A stretch of 4,969 bases of DNA from a virus (taxonomy: Duplodnaviria > Heunggongvirae > Uroviricota > Caudoviricetes), in the IMG/VR virus record IMGVR_UViG_2690316166_000007; one strand, written 5' to 3'. The position numbers and the translations under genes are program-made. Shown piece after piece: positions 1 through 4,969 of the stretch (its first letter is position 1; each line of letters begins with the position of its first letter). The notes beneath the pieces are model-generated. The model had not been told where the DNA came from, did not search any database, and was given only the letters and a program-made list of their open reading frames with translations.

Positions 1-107
1 TACACTAAATCAGTAAGTTGGCAGCATCACCGAAGTGGTAAAGAAGATAATAAAGAATAATATTTAGGGTTATAGGTCTTAGCCCATTTTAAATGGAAGG
101 CAGACAT

Positions 108-462
108 NNNNNNNNNNNNNNNNNNNNNNNNNNNNNNNNNNNNNNNNNNNNNNNNNNNNNNNNNNNNNNNNNNNNNNNNNNNNNNNNNNNNNNNNNNNNN
201 NNNNNNNNNNNNNNNNNNNNNNNNNNNNNNNNNNNNNNNNNNNNNNNNNNNNNNNNNNNNNNNNNNNNNNNNNNNNNNNNNNNNNNNNNNNNNNNNNNNN
301 NNNNNNNNNNNNNNNNNNNNNNNNNNNNNNNNNNNNNNNNNNNNNNNNNNNNNNNNNNNNNNNNNNNNNNNNNNNNNNNNNNNNNNNNNNNNNNNNNNNN
401 NNNNNNNNNNNNNNNNNNNNNNNNNNNNNNNNNNNNNNNNNNNNNNNNNNNNNNNNNNNNNN
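108..462. other. Run of 355 N (assembly gap or masked sequence); content unknown
   Basis: Continuous n characters; flanks are AT-rich. Any ORF read through it is uninterpretable. Confidence 0.95.
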
Positions 463-513
463 CATGCTCCAGTGTGTATCTTTTTTGGGAGGGATTGGCT
501 GCAAATAATCAGA

Positions 514-954
514 NNNNNNNNNNNNNNNNNNNNNNNNNNNNNNNNNNNNNNNNNNNNNNNNNNNNNNNNNNNNNNNNNNNNNNNNNNNNNNNNNNNNNNN
601 NNNNNNNNNNNNNNNNNNNNNNNNNNNNNNNNNNNNNNNNNNNNNNNNNNNNNNNNNNNNNNNNNNNNNNNNNNNNNNNNNNNNNNNNNNNNNNNNNNNN
701 NNNNNNNNNNNNNNNNNNNNNNNNNNNNNNNNNNNNNNNNNNNNNNNNNNNNNNNNNNNNNNNNNNNNNNNNNNNNNNNNNNNNNNNNNNNNNNNNNNNN
801 NNNNNNNNNNNNNNNNNNNNNNNNNNNNNNNNNNNNNNNNNNNNNNNNNNNNNNNNNNNNNNNNNNNNNNNNNNNNNNNNNNNNNNNNNNNNNNNNNNNN
901 NNNNNNNNNNNNNNNNNNNNNNNNNNNNNNNNNNNNNNNNNNNNNNNNNNNNNN
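514..954. other. Run of 441 N (assembly gap or masked sequence); content unknown
   Basis: Continuous n characters. Separated from the first N run by a readable island of exactly 51 nt (463-513). Confidence 0.95.
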
Positions 955-1068
955 ACCATCCTTAGAGTTAAATAATTGAATGTCCACTCCAGCAGTTGGT
1001 TGTATATATTTTGAAAGCTCTTTCTTGAACTTGTTAATATATTTATCTTTGTTTTCTTTGTTGGTCAT
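955..1068 (-). CDS. Visible N-terminal 38 codons of an AT-rich gene of unknown function that runs leftward into the N runs; true length and stop unknown
   Basis: ATG at 1068-1066 on the - strand opens a frame (MTNKENKDKYINKFKKELSKYIQPTAGVDIQLFNSKDG) that stays open to the gap edge. The 51-nt island and the left flank are also open in this frame if gap lengths are taken literally, but gap lengths in scaffolds are estimates. Lys/Asn-rich, low-GC composition contrasts with the nin genes to the right. No obvious Shine-Dalgarno sequence. Confidence 0.4.
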
Positions 1069-1155
1069 TGGTTAGATCCATAGTTCTGGCTGTGATTAGG
1101 TGAAAGTATACAAGGTTTTTAAAGCGAAGATCACTGTTTTGGCTTCAAGATAGTT

Positions 1156-1184
1156 TTGATTTATCGTAATCAATCCGCCATAAT
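1156..1184 (+). promoter_or_regulatory. Candidate sigma70 promoter reading rightward into the nin operon
   Basis: TTGATT (1156-1161), 17-bp spacer, CATAAT (1179-1184); 4/6 and 5/6 matches to consensus. Lies in the divergent intergenic region about 50 bp upstream of the small-ORF start. Sequence match only. Confidence 0.3.
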
Positions 1185-1221
1185 CCTCTCATCGGAGCCT
1201 GAACAACTCCGGTGACTTCTG

Positions 1222-1245
1222 CGCATTTAAGGGGACTTAAATGCG
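1222..1245. promoter_or_regulatory. Perfect 10-bp inverted repeat with 4-nt loop (CGCATTTAAG-GGGA-CTTAAATGCG); candidate operator or RNA hairpin covering the small-ORF start codon
   Basis: Arms 1222-1231 and 1236-1245 are exact reverse complements. The right arm contains the ATG at 1241-1243 and the loop contains the purine-rich candidate RBS. No U-tract follows on either strand, so it is not a typical intrinsic terminator. Confidence 0.35.
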
Positions 1246-1336
1246 ACCACAATCTGAACTCATCACCTTGTCACAGATGCAGAAATGCACCTGCGATTTT
1301 CTGCATTCTGCGGTTTCCGTTAGGGAGGCCGTATGA
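1241..1336 (+). CDS. ylcH: Small ORF (31 aa, MRPQSELITLSQMQKCTCDFLHSAVSVREAV), positional equivalent of DLP12 ylcH; stop overlaps the ybcN start (ATGA)
   Basis: ATG at 1241 preceded by AAGGGGA 5 nt upstream; in-frame TAA immediately upstream limits the ORF to 31 codons. TGA at 1334-1336 overlaps the ybcN ATG at 1333-1335. Assigned by position; I do not remember the ylcH sequence. Below the length cutoff of the supplied ORF track. Confidence 0.4.
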   Translation: MRPQSELITLSQMQKCTCDFLHSAVSVREAV

Positions 1337-1788
1337 CTCTGCCAGTAGACGGCATCAAACTCCATCGCGGTAACTTCGCGGCCATCGGCCAGCAGATTCA
1401 GCCATTGCTGGATGCCGGGCAATGCTTACGCCTGCAGGTTAAGCCGTGGCGCGAGAAGCGCAGCCTGTCGCAGAACGCGCTCAGCCACATGTGGTACACG
1501 GAGATCAGCGAATATCTCATCGCCCGCGGCAAGACCTTCGCTACGCCTGAGTGGGTCAAAGACGCGATGAAGCACACCTATCTCGGCTACGAAAGCAAAG
1601 ACCGTGTAGATGTCGTGTCCGGCGAGGTCACCACCGTCCAATCCCTCCGCCATACGTCAGAGCTGGAAACCGGCGAGATGTACATCTTCCTGTGCAAAGT
1701 CGAAGCCTGGGCGATGAATATCGGCTGCCACCTGACAATTCCGCAGAGCTGTGAATACCAGCAGCTGCGCGATAAGCAGGAGGCGTAA
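1333..1788 (+). CDS. ybcN: YbcN, DLP12-type prophage protein (151 aa); recalled as an Orf/NinB-family recombination mediator with reported DNA base-flipping activity
   Basis: ORF 1333..1788 from the track; strong SD GGGAGG (1323-1328) 4 nt before the ATG. Protein matches my recollection of E. coli K-12 YbcN, and the downstream gene order ninE-ybcO-rusA-ylcG-quuD-nmpC matches DLP12. Confidence 0.85.
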   Translation: MTLPVDGIKLHRGNFAAIGQQIQPLLDAGQCLRLQVKPWREKRSLSQNALSHMWYTEISEYLIARGKTFATPEWVKDAMKHTYLGYESKDRVDVVSGEVTTVQSLRHTSELETGEMYIFLCKVEAWAMNIGCHLTIPQSCEYQQLRDKQEA

Positions 1789-1958
1789 TGGCTACACCGC
1801 TTATTCGTGTCATGAACGGGCACATCTACAGAGTATCAAATCGTCGTAAGCGTAAGCCTGAGCTGAAGCCATCCGAAATACCAACACTGCTCGGATATAC
1901 CGCTAGCCTGGTTGATAAAAAATGGTTGCGACTGGCAGCAAGGAGGAATCATGGCTGA
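1788..1958 (+). CDS. ninE: NinE-family small prophage protein (56 aa, [56 protein letters not shown])
   Basis: ATG at 1788 overlaps the ybcN stop (TAATG); SD AGGAGG at 1778-1783. Hand translation runs to TGA at 1956-1958. Basic, nin-region position. Too short for the ORF track. Confidence 0.8.
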   Translation: MATPLIRVMNGHIYRVSNRRKRKPELKPSEIPTLLGYTASLVDKKWLRLAARRNHG

Positions 1959-2241
1959 TTTGAGAAAAGCAGCGCGTGGTCGGGAATGCCAGGTAAGAAT
2001 CCCTGGCGTATGTAATGGCAATCCTGAAACGTCAGTACTGGCACATATCCGGCTGGCTGGATTGTGCGGTACCGGTATCAAACCGCCAGACCTGATTGCC
2101 ACCATTGCATGTTCTGCCTGTCACGACGAAATCGACCGCCGCACATATTTTGTCGATGCTGAGTATGCAAAAGAATGCGCGCTGGAAGGTATGGCGAGAA
2201 CGCAGGTTATCTGGCTGAAAGAGGGGGTTATTAAGGCGTGA
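1951..2241 (+). CDS. ybcO: YbcO (DUF1364), Cys-rich putative zinc-binding nuclease of the prophage nin region (96 aa)
   Basis: Track ORF 1912..2241 begins at a TTG. I prefer the ATG at 1951 ([14 protein letters not shown]...) because AGGAGG at 1941-1946 sits 4 nt upstream and the ATG overlaps the ninE stop (ATGGCTGA). Conserved Cys/His positions; matches recalled K-12 YbcO. Confidence 0.85.
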   Translation: MADLRKAARGRECQVRIPGVCNGNPETSVLAHIRLAGLCGTGIKPPDLIATIACSACHDEIDRRTYFVDAEYAKECALEGMARTQVIWLKEGVIKA

Positions 2242-2600
2242 ATACCTACAGCATCACATTACCCTGGCCTCCGAGCAATAACCGCTATTACCGCCATAAT
2301 CGCGGGCGCACACACATCAGCGCAGAAGGGCAGGCATACCGCGATAACGTCACCCGAATCATTAAAAACGCAATGCTGGATATCGGCCTGGCTATGCCAG
2401 TGAAAATCCGTATTGAGTGCCACATGCCGGATCGCCGTCGCCGTGACCTGGATAATCTGCAAAAAGCCGCTTTTGACGCACTCACCAAAGCAGGTTTCTG
2501 GCTGGATGATGCTCAGGTCGTTGATTACCGCGTTGTGAAGATGCCTGTTACCAAAGGTGGGAGGCTGGAACTGACCATCACCGAAATGGGGAATGAATGA
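2238..2600 (+). CDS. rusA: RusA Holliday-junction resolvase (endodeoxyribonuclease RusA, 120 aa)
   Basis: Track ORF 2238..2600 with GTG start overlapping the ybcO stop (GTGA). Protein [24 protein letters not shown]...[25 protein letters not shown]... matches recalled E. coli RusA, including the acidic catalytic region. Confidence 0.9.
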   Translation: MNTYSITLPWPPSNNRYYRHNRGRTHISAEGQAYRDNVTRIIKNAMLDIGLAMPVKIRIECHMPDRRRRDLDNLQKAAFDALTKAGFWLDDAQVVDYRVVKMPVTKGGRLELTITEMGNE

Positions 2601-2737
2601 TGTTTGAGTTTTATATGGCAGAACTTCTTCGCCACCGCTGGGGGCATCTGCGCTTATATCGTTTCCCCGGTTCTGTTTTGACCGATTACCGAATACTGAA
2701 GAATTACGCCAAAACCCTGACAGGAGCAGGAGTATGA
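2597..2737 (+). CDS. ylcG: YlcG-like small prophage protein (46 aa, [46 protein letters not shown])
   Basis: ATG at 2597 overlaps the rusA stop (ATGA). Hand translation ends at TGA 2735-2737. Position matches ylcG of DLP12; too short for the ORF track. Confidence 0.6.
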   Translation: MMFEFYMAELLRHRWGHLRLYRFPGSVLTDYRILKNYAKTLTGAGV

Positions 2738-2822
2738 AGTCAGAGATAACAATCAACTAATACTGTTTTGTTGATTTTTGCTTGTAATTGGCGTTCTGGT
2801 CTGATTTTTGTGGAGTAAGTTG

Positions 2823-3206
2823 ATGCGTGATATTCAGATGGTTCTTGAGCGTTGGGGAGCGTGGGCGGCTAATAATCATGAAGATGTGACCTGGTCGTCC
2901 ATTGCCGCCGGTTTTAAGGGATTAATTACTTCAAAAGTAAAATCTCGCCCGCAATGTTGTGACGATGACGCGATGATTATTTGCGGGTGCATGGCCCGTC
3001 TGAAAAAGAACAACAGCGATTTGCACGATTTATTAGTAGATTATTATGTAGTCGGTATGACATTCATGTCACTGGCAGGTAAGCATTGCTGCTCTGATGG
3101 TTATATCGGGAAAAGGTTACAGAAGGCTGAGGGCATAATTGAAGGGATGTTAATGGCATTAGATATCCGGTTAGAGATGGATATCGTTGTTAATAACTCT
3201 AATTAA
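2823..3206 (+). CDS. quuD: Late-gene antiterminator Q of a lambdoid prophage (127 aa), DLP12 QuuD-type
   Basis: Track ORF 2808..3206 starts at a TTG. I prefer the ATG at 2823 ([22 protein letters not shown]...) with GGAG at 2812-2815, 7 nt upstream. Cys-rich segments ([21 protein letters not shown]). Position is immediately before the porin moron and terminator structures. Confidence 0.85.
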   Translation: MRDIQMVLERWGAWAANNHEDVTWSSIAAGFKGLITSKVKSRPQCCDDDAMIICGCMARLKKNNSDLHDLLVDYYVVGMTFMSLAGKHCCSDGYIGKRLQKAEGIIEGMLMALDIRLEMDIVVNNSN

Positions 3207-3239
3207 TATGCCAATTGTTTACTAAAAATTATTAAAAAT

Positions 3240-3257
3240 GGGGCGTTGCAACGCCCC
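3240..3257 (-). terminator. GC-rich perfect hairpin (GGGGCG-TTGCAA-CGCCCC) flanked by A/T runs; candidate intrinsic terminator for leftward (porin) transcription
   Basis: The 18-nt palindrome is preceded on + by ATTAAAAAT, so on the - strand the hairpin is followed by AUUUUUAAU. On the + strand it is followed by CAAAAAUAAA, which is not a U-tract. Confidence 0.4.
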
Positions 3258-3323
3258 CAAAAATAAAGGGTAATATATAACAGAAGGTTTATATAGTTAG
3301 AAGCAAGGTTGTGCTCCTAAAGG

Positions 3324-3379
3324 AAGTGGCTTGAGGGAGCCACTTATATGTTGGGGAGGCAAAGCCTCCCGCAACATAT
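3324..3379. terminator. Two adjacent stem-loops just downstream of the porin stop; candidate bidirectional terminator (tR'-like for the + strand, porin terminator for the - strand)
   Basis: Hairpin A: 3324-3331 / 3338-3345 (AAGTGGCT / AGCCACTT, 6-nt loop). Hairpin B: 3346-3360 / 3364-3379 (about 15 bp, one bulged G, AAA loop), followed on + by CUUUUAG. On the - strand the same structures follow the porin TAA (3397-3395) and precede CCUUUAGG. Confidence 0.45.
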
Positions 3380-3394
3380 CTTTTAGTAATCAAA

Positions 3395-4599
3395 TTAGAA
3401 CTGGTAAACCATACCTACAGCAACGATATCATCGGTAGCAACGCCAGATGCTTTCGTGAAATCGCTCTTATCAATCAGGTTGATTTTGTAATCAACAAAA
3501 GTGGACATATTTTTGTTGAAGTAATAGGTTGCACCTACATCAATATATTCAACCAGGTCCTGATCACCCCACGCACCCAAGTCTTTTCCTTTAGATTGCA
3601 GGTAAGCAACGGACGGACGCAGACCGAAGTCGAACTGATATTGTGCAACTACTTCGAAGTTTTGTGCTTTGTTGGCAATATGGTTATTACCAAAAACAGT
3701 CATGTTCTGGGTTTCAGAATAGGTGGTAGCCAGATAGATGTTGTTCGCATCATATTTCAGACCAGCTGCCCATACTTCAGCATTTTGACCAGATGCATTC
3801 AGGCTGTTGTTACCGTAGATAACCTGATTATTAGTGCGGTCAGATTTAGCATAGGTTGCACCTACACCGAATCCTTCATACTCATAAGTAGTGGAGAAAC
3901 CGAAACCATCACCATTAGCTTCAGTTACGTCAGTGCGGTCATTTTTACCCTGATACTGAGCAGCAAAGTTCAGACCATCAACCAGACCAAAGAAGTCGTT
4001 GTTACGATAAGTTGCAACACCAGTGGTGCGACCAGTCATGAACACATCTGTTTGAGTCCAAGTGTCACCACCGAATTCTGGCAGGACGTCAGTCCACGCA
4101 CCGATGTCGTATGCTACACCGTAGTTACGGCCGTAATCGATGGAGCCGTAGTCACCGAATTTCAGGCCAGCGAAGGCAAGACGGGTTTTATCTTTGGANN
4201 NNNNNNNNNNNNNNNNNNNNNNNNNNNNNNNNNNNNNNNNNNNNNNNNNNNNNNNNNNNNNNNNNNNNNGTAGTCACCGAATTTCAGGCCAGCGAAGGCA
4301 AGACGGGTTTTATCTTTGGAGGAACCTTGAGATTCAGCGCGGTTGCCTTTGAATTCATATTCCCACTGACCGAAACCAGTCAGTTGATCGTTGATTTGGG
4401 TTTCACCTTTGAAGCCAAGACGGGCATAAGTAGTATCACCATCATCTGCATCATTAGAGGAGAAGTAGTGCTTAGCATTAACTTTCCCGTACAGATCCAG
4501 CTTGTTACTGTCTTTATTATAAATTTCAGCTGCCTGAGCAGACATCGCCATCAGTACTGATGCAGCTACAGCAGAAATTGCCACTGTTAATTTTTTCAT
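3395..4599 (-). CDS. nmpC: General outer-membrane porin of the OmpC/OmpD/NmpC family (prophage moron); reading frame split in this assembly by an N gap plus a duplicated 51-mer
   Basis: ATG at 4599-4597 gives [23 protein letters not shown] / [17 protein letters not shown]..., a signal peptide with AQA cleavage motif. The C-terminal part (track ORF 3395..4045) ends ...VGMVYQF with the terminal Phe typical of beta-barrel OMPs. Removing the 122-nt gap-plus-duplicate joins ...[14 protein letters not shown] to [27 protein letters not shown]... in frame, giving 361 codons including the stop. Confidence 0.8.
4148..4320. repeat. Perfect 51-bp direct repeat (4148-4198 and 4270-4320) abutting both edges of a 71-nt N run (4199-4269); most likely an unmerged contig-end overlap
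   Basis: GTAGTCACCGAATTTCAGGCCAGCGAAGGCAAGACGGGTTTTATCTTTGGA occurs twice, ending exactly at the gap start and beginning exactly at the gap end. 51 + 71 = 122 nt, not a multiple of 3, which accounts for the apparent frameshift in the porin. Confidence 0.85.
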
Positions 4600-4969
4600 C
4601 GTGAGCCCTTTTTTTGAACTATTATTAAAAAATGATGTCACTGCGCGATAAATATTCATCTAATCAATGTGATTATTTCAAGATGTAAGTTTTGGTTTCT
4701 CGTTTGATTTGTGAAGTAGATCTCTATTTTTATCTGAACTTTTTTCTATCGAATCCTATTCATGGCTCTTGGCTGAATAAAAATAAATCTATTAGCCAAT
4801 TTATATTAACGGCTGTTATTTATAAGTGCTCTATAATTTGAAGGTTCAATTTAAACCGGCTAAAAATAACACTGGAAATTATTTGTTGGTTATTTGTTGG
4901 GATTTGCTTATGTATTTGTAGTGGTGTTTTCAATACTCGGTAGCATTCTCGCAAATATCATTTAGTGGT
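4600..4969 (-). promoter_or_regulatory. AT-rich upstream region of the porin gene; promoter and regulator sites presumably here but not confidently located
   Basis: About 370 bp with no ORF of meaningful length. Contains an exact tandem 11-bp repeat TTATTTGTTGG x2 (4879-4900) and a TATAAT hexamer on the + strand (4832-4837) without a convincing -35. Confidence 0.3.

Noticed and set aside
27-975. Long ORFs on both strands spanning the N runs (27..959 -, 93..965 +, 472..975 +)
   Set aside because: Almost entirely translation of N as X. Only a few real codons are visible and several frames are open at once, so they carry no evidence of coding beyond the one N-terminus at 955-1068.
1237-2105. 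Other short ORFs overlapping ybcN, ninE and ybcO on either strand (1237..1422 -, 1426..1653 -, 1551..1754 +, 1587..1823 -, 1628..1825 -, 1836..2105 -)
   Set aside because: All are embedded in or antisense to the confidently identified nin genes, and none has a convincing start context.
2259-2756. 165-aa - strand ORF (and nested 2288..2488) opposite rusA and ylcG
   Set aside because: Fully antisense to two genes with recognisable products; no RBS context and an arginine/serine-rich translation characteristic of a shadow frame.
1912-2822. TTG-initiated N-terminal extensions offered by the ORF track for ybcO (from 1912) and quuD (from 2808)
   Set aside because: In both cases an ATG with a well-spaced Shine-Dalgarno sequence lies downstream (1951 and 2823) and gives the protein lengths I recall. 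The ybcO extension would also need to be translated in a different frame across the 3' half of ninE.
3207-3394. Expected an IS5 element between quuD and the porin, as in E. coli K-12
   Set aside because: Only 188 bp separate the two genes and the porin 3' end is complete, so there is no insertion sequence here. This is a strain difference, not a mobile element.
4148-4320. Reading the 51-bp direct repeat as a target-site duplication or as a frameshift mutation inactivating the porin
   Set aside because: 51 bp is far too long for a target-site duplication, and the copies sit exactly at the gap edges. A contig-overlap artefact explains it more simply, although a real duplication cannot be excluded without reads.
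3596-4560. + strand ORFs 3596..4273 and 4111..4560 (225 and 149 aa)
   Set aside because: Antisense to the well-supported porin gene, with low-complexity Val/Thr/Ser-rich translations, and extended through the N gap. Typical shadow ORFs.
1-4969. CRISPR array, tRNA or rRNA genes, integrase or attachment site
   Set aside because: No regularly spaced repeats, no cloverleaf-like candidates noticed, and no recombinase-like ORF in the readable sequence. The window looks internal to the prophage.

Overview
This window reads as part of a DLP12-like lambdoid (probably cryptic) prophage of an E. coli-type enterobacterium, taken from a draft scaffold assembly. The readable core (about 1240-3206, + strand) is a tightly packed, translationally coupled nin-region operon: a 31-codon ORF (ylcH-like), ybcN (Orf/NinB-family), ninE, ybcO, rusA (Holliday-junction resolvase), ylcG, then the late antiterminator Q (quuD). 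Downstream, on the - strand and convergent with Q, is an nmpC/OmpD-type general porin 'moron' gene (3395-4599) with signal peptide and C-terminal Phe. It is split in this assembly by a 71-nt N gap flanked by a perfect 51-bp direct repeat, which I interpret as a contig-junction artefact; collapsing it restores an intact 360-codon porin. The left ~1.07 kb is an AT-rich - strand gene of unknown function, divergent from the nin operon and almost entirely masked by two N runs (108-462, 514-954). Stem-loops between quuD and the porin look like convergent/bidirectional terminators in the position of a late promoter/tR' region. All gene identities are from recall of protein sequences and DLP12 gene order, not from a search. 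I see no tRNA, rRNA, CRISPR array or recognisable IS element. I cannot support a claim of a novel system from readable sequence; the best candidate for something uncharacterised is the masked AT-rich gene.
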